64,000 nucleotides of DNA from NCBI GenBank assembly GCA_000388065.2, contig KB932205.1; one strand, written 5' to 3'. Shown piece after piece: positions 13,185 to 26,586 of the stretch; the stretch's first letter is position 1, and every line of letters starts with the position of its first letter. A program made the position numbers and the translations under genes. The notes under the pieces are model-generated. The model searched no databases, was not told the origin of the DNA, and saw nothing but the letters and a program-made list of their open reading frames with translations. The DNA is from Fonticula alba ATCC 38817 (lineage: Eukaryota; Protista; Nucleariida).

Positions 13185-13561
13185 TTACGAGGAGCTGGCC
13201 GGGGCGGTGCCCGAGGCGGGGGGGATGTTCCACCCGGCAGCGGCGGTCGGCTGGCTTTGCATGGCGGCCTGCAGACGCGCCTCAGCCTCGGCGGCCGCCG
13301 CATTGGCCGCCTCCAAGGTCATGAGCTCGTCATACACGCGCCTCCGGCGGTCCAGATCCCAGCGCACGAAGATGTATGCGCCGAGGGTCATCCCAGACAG
13401 GATGCCCCTGCGCGAGGACCAGCCAACCGAAAAGACAGAGGAGGAGAGGGGGAGGGAGGAACGGGTGAGCGGGAGAAGAGAAAAGCAACCCGGGGAATGA
13501 CTGCCACATCCACGGGCACAGGGGGGACGTACCACCACTTGAAAATCTGACGAGGTCCCAT
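13185..13561 (-). CDS. Small (~83 aa) single-pass membrane protein MGPRQIFKWWGILSGMTLGAYIFVRWDLDRRRRVYDEL..., possibly a mitochondrial assembly-factor type
   Basis: Exon 13561-13533, GTACGT donor, CAG acceptor at 13409-13408, exon 13407-13185 in frame; one hydrophobic helix followed by a basic patch. Confidence 0.55.
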
Positions 13562-14299
13562 GGTGAGCGGTGTGCTGAAGGAGAGGAAGAGGAAGAGGGA
13601 GGTGAAGATGGGAAGTAGGGAGGTGCTGGATCGCGGACGTCACTCCGGCGCCGGGTAGGTCGCCCTTTGCGGCTGTTTCCTCCTTTCCCCGCCGGCGGGA
13701 AGCCGGACAGGGGATCCGGCCTCGTTCCCGAGGAAAAGACCGCCTGCGAGCGTGCTGCCCTCTGCTCGGCCCTTGCCCGAGGCTTCACGTACACACGGCC
13801 AGGCGTGGGAAGCCCCCGGCACATGTGTTTGTGTGCGCCCAGGCAGGCAGGCAGACCAGGAAGAGGGCGGAGCCATCGGCCTCACACCGCGCTGGGCAGC
13901 ACCCCCCGCCCCCCCCCTGGCGTGAGCGAGGGATGACCCATCCTTCCCTTGCCTGAAAATGAGGTTGGCAGCTGCGCTCCACGTTGATCACGCCAGGTGC
14001 CAATGGATGGTGAGGCTGTACAGCGAGTCTGGGATATATTGTCGAGTGCGAGCGGCGAGCGGCGGGCAGCGAACGGCGAGCGACAAGCGGCGAGGCCCGG
14101 GGGCGGGCGGGACGATACCCAAAAGCAGGCTCTCAGAGACACGCGCGCACAGATGCATCCCCCGCTCGGCCGGCTGCGAGCACACAAGGGAGGTCTCTCC
14201 CTCCCTTGTTACGGATGTGCATGCTCCGTCCCGGTCGACGAGCTACACAGGGAGGGGAGAAGGAGGAAAAGGAGAGAGAGAGAGAGAGAGAGAGCGAGA

Positions 14300-16302
14300 T
14301 CAGTCCGACCTCGATGGGAGCACCGGCGTGGGGACCGCCGCCGCTGCTGCCGTCGTGCAGAAGTGCCGGTACTTGCTCCACTTGAGGGCGAGCTTGGGCG
14401 GGCCGGCGCCCGTTGGCCGGCCAGCCCGGCGGCCGGCACCGGCGGTCGCCATGCGCGCCAGTGCCTCCTGCGACCCGGGCCACGGGTCGACCGAGATTGT
14501 CAGAGTACCAGCCCCGGCGGGCGACCCACCTGCCGCTGGCACGGATGCCCGGAGGATCGAAGTGACCCAAGCCAACCGAGCCAAGCACCCGAGTGGCGAC
14601 ACGTCGTCACCCGACCCGGCCGCCTGGCGAATCAGTCGCAAGGCCGGGCTCCCGCCAGCATCCGGCCAACTCGGCAGCAGCAGGGCCAGGGCGGCCTCAC
14701 GCTGTACCAGCACGACGGACAATGCCGACGCGCCGCCGGTGCTGGGGGCCTGGTCGAGAGGCCAGGCGATCCGGACATCGGTCTGGCCACGGGCACTGAG
14801 AGCCGTGGCCTCGGCCTCCGACAGGCAACGGACCCCGCCCGCGGCCCCGGGTCCAAGTAGACCAGCCAGCTCCGAGTGCAGGCTTGTGCCCCCATCGGGC
14901 GAGCCGGGCTCCAGCCCCAGGGCCCGGGCTAGGTCGGCCGCGAAGAAGAAGCGCTCTTCGCTGCCCGGGAATCGGGCCTCGCGAAGGGGCTGCACCGGGC
15001 CCAGGGCTTCCAGCGGTGCCTGCATGTCATGCAGCAATGTCCCATTCGCTGGGAGGGAGAGGGACGCCGCCGCGCAAGTTGAACACAGACAGGCCGGCCG
15101 CTGATCACACTGCGTGCAGAGGCCTGGAGCGATGGCACACCATGGTGANNNNNNNNNNATGGAAATTTGCCCGGGCTCCGGCTCGGAGTCACTGCCGGCA
15201 TCCTGGGAGGCCGGCACGGCGGCCAATCGAGGCCCCGCAGGAGGCCCGGACACCGGCACAGACACCGGCGTGGGGGGGATCGCCGGCGTTGGCGTCGGCA
15301 CCGGTGCCGGCACCGGCGTCGGCACCGGCGCGGGTGCTGGCGCCGGAGTGGAGAAGCGCGAAGCCGCGGCGGGTGGCCCGCCAGTTGCTTCGGCCGCCGC
15401 TCGGGCCGTTGTGAAGACCACCTTCACATCCAGCCCGTCAATGGTCAGCTGGTCGTTGACCGCCCGGATGGCACTCTGGATGGTGACAAAGTTGACATAG
15501 GCGGCATTGGTGGCGCGGCCCATGGGGGTCACGGAAAAGCGCTTCATCGTGCGCATGGTGTCGATCTGCCCCGGGGCCAGACAAACACCAGGTGCCGAAG
15601 AGGAGGATCGCATGTCAGTGAGAGGCCTGGGAATGCAAAGGAGGGAGCCGCGAGCAGCAGGCGGGGGGGGGGGGGCGCGGGGGATACATGTGCGGAGGTG
15701 CACACAGGGAAAGCTCGGGAGGCGATGGCAGCAGGAAGGGCGATGGCAGCAAGCAGTGCGTACTGGGCTTCGGCGCCACTGGCGACATTGGGACCGAGGA
15801 TCGCGGCGAGCCGGGCCCAGAGGCGCCCGCGATATCCGGGCTGGTTACATCGGCTGCTCTCGATGGCTGAGTCACCGCCTCGGGCCCGAGCAACTTGCCA
15901 TCTAACAGGGTCTGTGCCACGGAATACACCTCCGAGGCCGCGTCGGGGGAAATGTGCGCGAATCCGGCGCTATTCAGCCGTCCGGGCCCAAGACGCCCAG
16001 CTGGGGGGGTGGACACCGCCCCGGCCGGTGAGTGCCGGGCCTGGGCCTCCAGCAGCCGGCTAGTCCGACGGAAGTCCCCGGCGGACATGCGATCTCGCGA
16101 CAGGAGATCCAGCGGCGTTTGCTGGCGGTCGGTCCGGGCGTGAACATCTGCCCCGAAGACCAGAAGCAAGGCCACGGCAGCAAATTGGCCCCGCTCGGCG
16201 GCCTCATGCAGGGGAGCCACGCGATGGGGCCCGCGAACATTGGGATCCGCCCCGTACTGCACGCATGTACATTTCAGCATGCGTTGTTATGCGTACATGT
16301 GT

Positions 16303-16350
<48 letters not shown>

Positions 16351-17082
16351 GCGTGTGCGTGTGCGTGTGCGTGTGCGTGTGCGTGTGCGTGTGCGTGTGC
16401 GTGTGCGTGTGCGTGTGCGTGTGCATGGGGAAGAGTAGGACAGTCAGTCGGGATAGTTTGGGGAGGAGCGAAAGACCAAGACAGAAAAGATCATCGTAAA
16501 ACAGGGGGGGGGGGGGGGAGGCGCTCCAGCCACACGGGAAACGCACGTGCAACAAGAGGGACCCGACATCTGTGTGGTCGCCAAGAATTGCCTCGAAGAG
16601 CGGCGTCCGGCCACTGTCATCTGGCTGGTCGATGGCCGCCCCGGCATTGAGGGCCCGTCGAACGGCCGTCGTGTCGCCATCAGCCGCCACACGATGAAGA
16701 TGTGTTTGCCCCTGGGGCAGGGTTTCCTGAACAAGCTGCAGGTCTTTGGAGAACTCTGCCAAGAGCCAGGGGTAAAAAAAAAGCCAGAAAAGAAGTCAGA
16801 CGCGAGCGTGGCCACAGCATATGCTGGCCAATCAGGGCAACGTGACACGAACCGTGCATGAAGCCATCCAGGTTCGGGGGGCAACACTGCTGGGGCGTTT
16901 GCCGCTGGGCGTTTTCCCGAATCGTGGCGCCCAAACGAACCAGCAACAAGAAGGCCTGCGCGCCGGTTGCACGGACCAGTGGAAGAGGATAGAAAGATGT
17001 CAGAGCATACCATGGGCAGGGCATGGGCCAGGTGGAGGATGCGAGGGAAGGAGGGCAAATGAAAAGATGTGTGTGTATGTAA

Positions 17083-17141
<59 letters not shown>

Positions 17142-19559
17142 CGCCTGGCGTACCGGCCGGTGACCACCAAGCGAGGCCATGTGCAACGCCGTCTGACCAT
17201 CGTCCGTTTGGGCATTGAGATCGGCCCCAGCATCATAGAGCTGCAGGTGCAGATGCACACCGCGCAGGAGGGGGGGGGGGGGGATCACGCGTCAGCACTG
17301 GGACACCAGCGAATGGCGCCCGAGCTTTTCACCAAAACCCGACCCAAGCAAGGGGAAACACATACCAAGATGATGGCCGAGATGTGGCCGCGCAGGGCGG
17401 CCGCGTGAACCGGCGTCCAGCCAGCCGCATCGCGCGCATTCACATCGGCGCCCTGACCGAGCAGCGTGCTCGCAGCCAGCAATTGCCGGTGATAAGCCGC
17501 CAGGTGAAGCTGGGTCCGGCCGTCGGCGTCTCGCGATTGCGGGGTCGCCCGATCCAGCATCACCGGGCTCTCAGGCCAGGGGGCCACCCCGGGCAGGTAC
17601 CGCGCCAGAGCGGCCGCCTCACGGCCAAGGTCAAGCCCGGAGCGACGCGGGAGGCCGGAGGTGCTCGAACGGCGAGCCGGTCGCCCAGGCGTGCCGACCC
17701 CCGGCACGGGGGAGCCCCGTCGAATCAGACCTTCGCCGCTCGCCGGGCCGGAGGCACCTCGGCTGTACGCCTTGCTCAGCTCGCGTGCCTGCTGCTGGTC
17801 GAGGGTGATGGACAACCGGCGGAGCCGCTGGTTGGCTGGCTCCGGCGAGGACCCCTCGTCATCTGATCGGAGGAGATCCTCGTCCTCTTCTTCTTCTCCC
17901 CCCTTCGCGCCATCCTTGCCGGTCTCGGCCCGGTCCGGGGCTGCCAGAGAGGCTGGCGACAACGACGATGCCATGCTCGAGACAGCCGGCGAGCCGGCCG
18001 AGGCAACTCCAGCTGCCGCGGTGACAATTGCCCCGGCGGCCCCGGGCTCCGGAGCGCCGGCCGCCGTCGAGCTGACGGTCGCCACGCCACTGCCCCTGTC
18101 AGCATGCTCAGCCGTGGCTTCCTCCTTCTCGGATGCAGACTCCGAGCCCGAGTTATAGGCGCTCAGGGAGCTCAAGCCGCTGATGTCCGACTCGCTGAGG
18201 CTGCTCTCGGTCAGGGAGCTGAGCGAGGAGAAGTCCGACACCAGTGCCAGGTGGTCGTCGAGCTTGGCCATGGCGCTGGGCACCTCGCTCTCCGAAGAGA
18301 AAAGAGCCCGCGGAGAGGGAGGGCCGGCGGGCCGGTGCTTGGCCCGGAGAAGCGGAGTTGACCGGCGGGCTGGCAGCCGGCTGGGCGACCGCGTGTCCGA
18401 ATCCGAAGAGCTGGACATGTGGGTGGGTCGGGTGCGCGGCGCCGGCCGGGCCGGCTGGCCGGGCCGGCTTCGCGCCGGCGAGCCATCCCGTCGACCGGCC
18501 ATCGACGCCGCCGAGGAGGAGTCCGACGCGTCCGAAGAGTCCGAGCTGAACCCACTTCGACTGCTGTCGCTATCGACTGACATGGACATGCGCTGCACCT
18601 GCGGCGGGGAGGGAGGCGCAGTCGGCGGAACATCCGGCACCGCCGCACCCGGATCTGCCACCCGGCGAAGACGCCCAAGGGACGATGCCTGGGGCGGGGG
18701 CTGGTCGGCCTTGAGCTCGGTGGACTCATGGTCGCTGTCATCATCGGCATCGCTGCCGGAGAAGGCCGGCCCGCGGCCAGCACTGCCACCACCAGGAGCA
18801 GCAGCTGCGGGGGTGTCCGGAGCCGGCTTGTTGTGCGGCGGGCCAGAGGCGTCCATCGAGTCGGGTGAGCGCGACCGCGATCGCGACCGCAGACGCCGAG
18901 GCTGGTCCACTGCCATGTCGACGGGTGCCTCATCCGCAGCAGCAACAGGAGCAGGAGCACCGGCAACGGTGGCGGTGGCGGTGGCGGAGGCAGCAGTGAC
19001 AACGGCGGCCGGGGGCATGGCCGTAGTCAGAGCCGGCGACGAAGGGGATAGCGCCAGCTTGGCCGCCTCGGCAGCCGGCGCCGGGTGCCGGATGGCACCA
19101 TCAGGCACCGGCGCAGCAGGGTTACCGGAAGGGGGATCCACCTCACTGGACAAGCGCAAGGTGGCCAGCTTGGCCGGATCCGTGGCCAGGGGGGCCGAGC
19201 GATCGGGCGAGCTGCTGGCCGGGGTGGCAGCCGCCGGGCCGGAAGTCAGGCTGGGCACTGCTGCCACGGCCGAGGGATCCGCCTGCAGGGAGAGGCCCTC
19301 TGACCCGTGGCCCGGGCCTCGGCTCTGATCGCGGGCCCGGCCTGGGCTCCGGCTTTGAGACCGGCCCCGACTGGGGCTGAGATTCGGCCCGCCACGCGCC
19401 CGGACCATACTCGGGCTGTGACTGCGGCTGTGGCTGCGACTGCGACTCCGAACAGGGCTCCGGCTCCGGCTACGGCTCCGGCTCCGGCTCCGGCTCCGGC
19501 CAGGGCTCCGACCAAGGCTACGGCTGCGACTACGGCTGCGGTCACGCCCGTGGCCAAGA

Positions 19560-19592
<33 letters not shown>

Positions 19593-19611
19593 ATGAGACG
19601 GCCGCGCCCAG

Positions 19612-19650
<39 letters not shown>

Positions 19651-19916
19651 TTCGACTCCGGTGGCGATCCAGGGCCGGCCGATCGAAGGGACCAAGTCGG
19701 CCCATGTACATTGGCGATCGCCCAGGCCCGGGCCAGCGGCCTGAGGCATATGGCGAGCGCGACCGAGGCGATGGGGCCGGTCGCCGGGGCGAAGAGTAAT
19801 ACCGCCGGCGAGAGGGAGAGTGGCCCCGAGACCGACCAGCGCCAGATGGCCCAGGCCGATCGTAGCCACCAGCCCCGGCACCGCCGGCACCGCCGCCGCC
19901 GCCGCCACGGCCTCGA

Positions 19917-19947
<31 letters not shown>

Positions 19948-20107
19948 TGACGCTGCGATTCCGGCTCCGGCTGAAGCTCCGGCTTCGACTGCGCAAGCGA
20001 CCCAGGCTCCGGCTCCGGCTGCGACTCCGGCTGAAGCTACGGCTGCGGCTGCGGCCACGGTCGGCCAGGCGGCCGCGCATGCGATTCCGATCGCGCCGAG
20101 GGCTGAA

Positions 20108-20145
<38 letters not shown>

Positions 20146-22124
20146 TGAAGCCCCGGCCGCCGCGGCTGACACTATCACTGCGACTCCGATGGGGCGGTGA
20201 GGCGGACCGGCTCCGGCCGCGACCACGACCCCCTCGGCCAGTGGCGAGTCGCCGCGGAATGCGCCCATGGTGACTGGGACTCCGGCTGCGACTCCGGCTG
20301 CGACTGTCGCTGCGGCTGCGGCTTCGGCTGCGGTGTGAGAGGAGCGGGCGCCGGCCGCGGCCGCGACTCCGGCTGCGAGACCGGCTGCGAGACCGGCTGT
20401 GCGAGCGGCTCCGGCTGCGGTCATCGCGCCCGCCAGCGGCCGGCGTGCGCATGGAGGATGCGCCCGATCGCCCGGCGGGGCCGCGCCGCACCGGCATGGC
20501 ATAAGATCCACCATCGAGCGCCTGCGTGGAGCCTGGTGAACGGCTTCGAGCGCGTCTGGACGCCACGCCCAGGGGAGGCAAGAGCAGGAAGGGAGAGAGA
20601 GAGAGAGGGAGGGAGAGAGAAAGCGCGAGCGAAGGGTGAGAGAGGTGGTCGTGAGGAGATGCGGACGCAAAGGCATGCATACCAGCGGAGGTCCATCCGC
20701 GCTGTGACTGGGAATGAGGGGAAAGGGGGGGGGGGGAGGGGGGGGCGGACGCACGACAGGGACTGCTCCTCAGACTCGGCGGATGGCCGGCCCGGGAGCG
20801 GGCTCAGATCCCGGCGTCCGGGGACATCTGGCTCCGAGGTAGAAGGCCGGCGCCCGAGCGATGGGCCGCCCCCGGGGGAGAAGGGACCTGGCCGAGATGC
20901 ATGATGATCCATATCCGCCTCATTGGTGCCCATCGATAGGGAGGGCCGTCTTCCGGGCCCGGAGCGGTCTTCCGGGCTTCGGCTGCGACCGGTGCCCATG
21001 CTGGATCGGCCGCCGCCACCGCTGCCAGCGCCACCGAGGGACCCGGGCGCGCCCAGCGACGCAAGAGGCGGCGATCCCCCAGGCGGAGGATGTCCCAGGG
21101 CCAATGGCGTGCCGAGAGGCGACATCGGCGCGCCGAAGGGCGGCACCGCCTGCCCGGCGCCGGTGGGAGGGCCGCCCGAGGGCCGACGCCCAGCCAGCAG
21201 AGTCCCCGGAACCGGACCCGGACCCGGCCCGGGCAGCCCGGTGGAATGCATCCGAGGCGATAGTGGCCGATCGAAGGAAGGCCGGCGGCCCGGAGAGAGA
21301 ACACCCTCACCGCCCATGGAGAAGGAGTTCGACCGGCCCCGCGAGCCCCCTGCCAGGTGAGAAGCATGCCGGTGAGAAGGGACCACGAGCAGGCGCAATC
21401 CGAGGGAGCAATCGAGGACACATACCTAGGCCGGGCGGTGGCGAGAGCGGCGAGGAGGAGCCGGCACCGGTGGCGGAGGGCCCCGCGCCACTGAGGGACA
21501 GTGTCGGCCCGCCGAGGGGCGGCGGTGGCGACGGCGGCGGCGGGGACGACACATGAAGGCCGTGCAGCTGGTTGCCGGACAGAACGGGGCCTCCGGCTGT
21601 CCCGGGTGGCGGGAAGTGCACCATGCCCGAGCGGAAGCCCCCGGCCGCGGAGCCGTGCGCGCTCGGCGCCCGGTGGCCGAGGTGCATGAGTGGCGGGGCC
21701 GGGGAAGAGCCCGGCCCGCCGGGGCCCGAGCCAGGGGCAGGTGGCCCCGATGGCGGCGGTTGGTGCATCATCGGTCGCGACGAGTGAGGGTGGGCATGGG
21801 GGGCCCCCACCATCATGCCTGACATGTAGGCACCAGGTGGTGGTCCGCCAGGCGGGGCCCCCGGCGACATGGGCATCATGGGATGCACCATGCCGGGCAA
21901 GTGAGGCGGCGGGCCGCCAGGAGCCCCAGGCGGGCCGTGGCCCCGAGACAGGGGCAGGTGCCCCATGATGGATGACCCGCCGGAGGGGGGGGGACCTCCG
22001 GAGGGAGGCCCGCCACCGGTGCCGCTGCCTCCTCCACTGCCGCTGCCAGTCCCAGAGGACGCCCCGCCACCACCGCCAACCATCTTGCCCTGCTGGGGGA
22101 GCATCACCACGGGGGGGGGGGGGG

Positions 22125-22174
<50 letters not shown>

Positions 22175-22200
22175 CTTTTTTCTTGAAGAAGGGAGCGCGG
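14300..22200 (-). CDS. Very large (~2,200 aa) nuclear-type protein: Pro/Gly low-complexity region, long RS domain, Ser/acidic region, ankyrin repeats, RRM-like segment, C-terminal winged-helix-like segment; 5' end unresolved
   Basis: In-phase splice joins link ORFs 21307..22365, 20421..21398 and 17285..20680, then ankyrin exons (DGRTQLHLAA, AGWTPVHAAALRGH, DGQTALHMASLGGH, SGRTPLFEAILGDH, APLHEAAERGQ). The junction to the last exon (14300..15703) near 15760-15630 is not resolved. Confidence 0.75.
16299..16424. repeat. Compound microsatellite (GT)n-(GCGTGT)n inside an intron
   Basis: Directly visible. Confidence 0.95.
19400..20420 (-). repeat. (CGGAGC)n hexamer arrays encoding Arg-Ser dipeptides
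   Basis: Repeated GGCTCC runs on the plus strand (e.g. 19459-19500, 19614-19650, 19917-19950, 20107-20145); RSRSRS in ORF 17285..20680. Confidence 0.9.
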
Positions 22201-23225
22201 GCGCTTCAAGGCAGGGGAGAAGAGGAACGTCTTCCCCACCGCACGTCCCTGCTGACGAACACGGGTGCGACTGGGCCGAGGACACGAACAGAGGGCAGGA
22301 GCAGTATCCTCACGCCCTCTTCGGCGTTGGTCCGGGAGGTCGGCACAGGCAGAGAAAGAAGCCACACGAGGGGGAAGCAGGAGTCCGTGCGCTTGTCCGA
22401 ACGGCGCAACAAGGAGCGAGAGAGGGGGAGAGAGGGTGGAGCAGGGAGAGAAAGAACAGAGGGCGACAGAGGGGGTGGGGAGTGGCTGCTAGATGCTCCA
22501 GCGGGGCGGCCACTGGCGCCCTCGGAGAAAAATGGCGCGACTTCGCGCCCTTGCCAGGGAGCCGACATGGAAAAACGGGACACCGGCCCGGGGGCCGTCC
22601 CCCCCCCCCCCCCCTAACCACACACAGCGGCCAGGAGGGGCCACCCTTGCCAGAGTTGGAGGAGAAAAAACCGTACCCAGCTGAAACGGTGCGCTGGTGC
22701 CTGCTGGGGGACCGTGCCCGCCAGCCACCCACTGACGCGAGGTCGAGCCATGCAAAGTTCGATTCGTCGATTCGTTGGTGTGTCGCTGTAACGTTGGCAT
22801 TCCGAGAGTGCGCGGCGTCGCGAACGCCCGCCCGAGCAGCCGGCGCACCGCACCAGCTGGCGACCCCCGCCCCGTTCTGCCGGCTCCCCTCGCGTCCGCC
22901 CTCTCTCCCTCTCTCCCTCTCTCTCCCGCTCGCTCCTTCCCTCTTCGTCGCTGGGCCTCTGCCTCGGTGATACGGCGACACACGGGCACCCCTCCTCACG
23001 GGTGAGCACGCGCACAAGAGGGGCGCCCTGGTGCCTGTCGTCGAACTCCGGGTCGCACCCCCGCTCGGTATATCTATAGGTGTATTATTTGGGACAAATT
23101 GGGGAAGTAAAATCAAGGACAGACAGTAGAGAGAAGTAGGCAGAGGCAGGGGGGGGGGGGTGCGCGACGACGGTGGCGGCGGTGGAGGCAACGCCGGAAG
23201 GCGAGTGTGGAGCACGCGTAGGCCA

Positions 23226-23496
23226 CTACGCCGAGCGGAGCTTAAGAGCATGAACGGTCTGAACGTAACGCTCAAGCGAGGAGCGCTTCAGGTAGGACAG
23301 CATGCGCTGGCGACGGTGCACGAGCTGCACAATCCGACGGCGGCAGCTGGAATCCTTCGGGTGCATCTTGATGTGGTTGGTCATGTAGTCGATGCGGGTG
23401 GTGATGGCAGCGACTGAGGGAAACAGAAGCAGGCGGGCAGGCGGGCAGGCAGGGGAGCGGGGGAGGTGTGAGCACACAGAGGAAAAGAGTCAGCGC

Positions 23497-23535
<39 letters not shown>

Positions 23536-23545
23536 NNNNNNNNNN

Positions 23546-23582
<37 letters not shown>

Positions 23583-24568
23583 GAGAGAGAGAGAGAGTAG
23601 AGTCGAAGCATGGGTGCGCGCGCGAGCGGAAGATGGCGTACTCTGAGCCTCGGGAGAGCCGCTGTCCACGGGCGAGCGGCGCATGGCATCCATCGACCGG
23701 CGGATGTTGAACTTGTTGATCTCCGCCTGCGAGGCATTGGCCAGGGAGAAGATCTTGCGCACGTCGGAGGAGAGGCCCTGGAACTGGAGCGGCGACAGGC
23801 CGTCCACATACTGGCAGCGGCGGCGGCGGCGGGGAGGACCAGGGCATGGAGAGAGTCAGAAAACCCGGGTGGCGATCGGGAAGGCGCGCCAGCGAGGAAG
23901 CAGGAAGCAGCAGCCCCCCATGGGTGCACAACAACGCACGGTGTTCGGGTCGATCGAGGGCGGGGCACTGAGACGCGAGTCGTAAAGGCTGGTCTTGTTG
24001 ATCTCCTCCTCTGCCCGCAGGGCGACCTCGATGGCCTCGGTGATATCCTCTGCCGGGATGTTCATGGTGTCGTTGCTGTAGGACAGGTTCATGCGGTTCA
24101 CCTGGGAGATGATGTCGGAGAAGGCTGAGCGGGAGCGCGGCGAGAGGGGCGAGGTCAGTATGCACATATGGCATGCGCATGGGCCCCAGCCCGACCGGGG
24201 ACAAAGGCGACAAACAAGGAGAGACAGGGGAAGGACATACAGGGAGTCGAGGCGGAGGTCGGCGAAGTGGCCGAGAAGACCGGCACCTCGGAGTCATACA
24301 TGTACTTGGAGAAGTCGTTCAGGTTGCTCTGGCCATAGAACAGCTGGTCGGTGTCGCTGGACTCGAAATCCAAGTCGGACCCCAGGGCCGCGCCCTTCTT
24401 GTTGGAGAAGGAGTCATTCGTGCGGTGGGGATTGTTCAACTGCCGGAAGAAGTCGTAGTCCGAATCCGAGGAGGAGGGATGGCCAGCACCGCCGGACCGT
24501 TGCGAGACGGCCGGAACGGCGGTGCGAGAAAACTGCCGGGCGGCGACACCGCCGAAGCGGGAGGCCAT
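23226..24568 (-). CDS. MRPS15: Mitochondrial ribosomal protein uS15m
   Basis: Presequence-like MASRFGGVAARQFSR. C-terminal S15 motif DSGSPEAQ|VAAITTRIDYMTNHIKMHPKDSSCRRRIVQLVHRRQRMLSYLKR; about 4 exons. Confidence 0.9.
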
Positions 24569-26586
24569 CGGGACCACGCGGGAGCTTTGACCAATAGAGG
24601 GGGGGGGAGAGGGGTGGAGGGGGGGGAAACCCCCAGGAGGCGAGGTCAGTGAGGAGCCCGGAACACAGGCACAAGGAGTGGCAGAGTCAACACGCCGCAA
24701 AGGGGCGACCCCGTACAGCATTCTTGTCACGGAGGGGGGCGGGATCGGCGCTCAGGGGGGGGGGGGATGGTGGGGCGGGCCTGCAAGGAGCGTGTGCGCG
24801 CATGAGAAGATCACCGTCGAGGGGAAGAGCAAGAGGGCAGGCCGAGGTCAGGAGGAGGGTGATGGGGGGTGCCACAAATGAGGACGCCAGGTCGGCGCAG
24901 AGGAGGCGGGTGCAAAGGGGATGCAAAGCGGAGGAGGAGGAGGATGGGAGAGGGGGCGAGAACAAGCGGGAGAGGGGGCGAGAACAAGCGAGAGAGGGAG
25001 GGAGAGAGGGAGGGGGAGGGTGGGGCGGAGGGGGGCGCGAACAGGAGGGGAGGAGGAGAGGCGATGCCACGTTGGTGATGAGACACTGGCAGGCGCTCGC
25101 GGTCGGGATGGCCCTTTCTCTTCCATCTTATCCGAGGCCGCTGGAGAGGGGGCCGCCAGCCATCTCGCGGGCGGACACCCGAAGCCTCAGGAAAGGACAG
25201 AGCACACGAGGCAGGCAACCATCGGGCCTCCACAGAAGGCAGGAGGCCATCGGTTCGCCGGGGCCGCTCCGGCCAATCAATCAACACGACCGGCGTCCCG
25301 CACCTTTTGTTTGGTGACTCCATTGCCGGGGCGCCCCCCCCCCCGGTAGCTTGCCTGGGACAGCCCGGAGGAGCACGCACGGGGGCGGATCCGCGAATTG
25401 TAGCATAGAATGGTGTTATGCGGCGGGCGCGCACGTTGTTCTTGTTTTGTAGATTGTTAGGGTATTCGTCTGGGCTATTCTGGCACCGGGGCAGCAGCAC
25501 CGTCCCCCCGGCCGCCCTTGTTTCGGGGGGCGGGGAGGAGCCGGTGCCGGCCCTGGCCGGATACTGAAAGAGGGAAGGAACGGCCAGTCCGCAACAGCTT
25601 GCGCCCAGGGGGGGGGGGGGGGTAGGTTGTTTTCTAACCGGCCGCGCGCCCCTCCCTCCGCTCGGCCAAGCCCAAAATGCAGCGGCCTTCCCCCTGCATG
25701 TCCCTTCCCCCCCCCCCCCCGTACCAGGCATCCCAGCCTTCCGGCATCGTTGTTTCGTGCGCCGGGACCTGGTGCCCGAAGGCGGGGGATTCCGGCCCGC
25801 CGGAAGGCCGGGCGGGGCCTGGGGGGCCTGGACGTGCAATATGCTGATGGAGCGGGCCCGCGAGAAAGGAATGTGCCGACGCCCTGGTCGGCATGAGCCG
25901 CCCAAATGGAAAGACCTAGATGCATATTACTGGGGCATGCTTGCCCCCGCCCCGCCCCCCCCCCTGGATAAATGGAGACCCCGGGGCCCTTACCCTTGGT
26001 CTCCGGCTACCTGTTCGGTTCTACTTGCGCGCGAGCGCGCGCGTGTTTGTCGTGTGTCTGTGTGTGCCCCCCCCCCCCCCCCCGGGCGGGGCCTTGCCCT
26101 GCTTTTGTCTGCGTGCGGTTATTTTCCCCGACGCGTGTGGCGGCCCCATGCGGATTGGTGTAGATCCGCACCCATTGCCGGCGGCCTCTCGGAGAGGCGG
26201 GGGCGGACAACGACAGGGGGGGGGGGGGGATGGCCTTTGGCCAAACAGGCCTCTCCCCGAGGGAGCCCTGTGATCGCTCTTCGCGGTTGGCTGCTCCTGC
26301 TGCTTCCGCCCCTGTTGCCGTTCCCCCGGTCTTGCCCTGAATGCACCACCCGCCTGGCCGCCCGGGGCGGGGCGGGCTGCGGGGGCGGGCGTTTTATCGG
26401 CCCCCAGCCCAATGAGCGCGTCGCTGCCCCGTGCGCCCAAGTCAAAGACGCCGCTTGCCACGCCCCCCTGTGCCTGCTGCCACTTTCTCCCCCCCCTCCT
26501 CCTCCTCCCTCCCCCTTTCGCCGCCTGATTCACTCCTCGCCGGTCGGTGATCTGCCCCCCCCCTCCCCCTCGACCCCACCTCCAAG

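Noticed and set aside
13959-15104. Plus-strand ORFs opposite the ankyrin gene's last exon
   Set aside because: Antisense shadow ORFs of GC-rich coding sequence.
25390-25480. AT-rich stretch with ACCCTAAC (telomerase-template-like) on the minus strand
   Set aside because: Only an 8-nt match with no supporting structure; more likely UTR or intergenic sequence.
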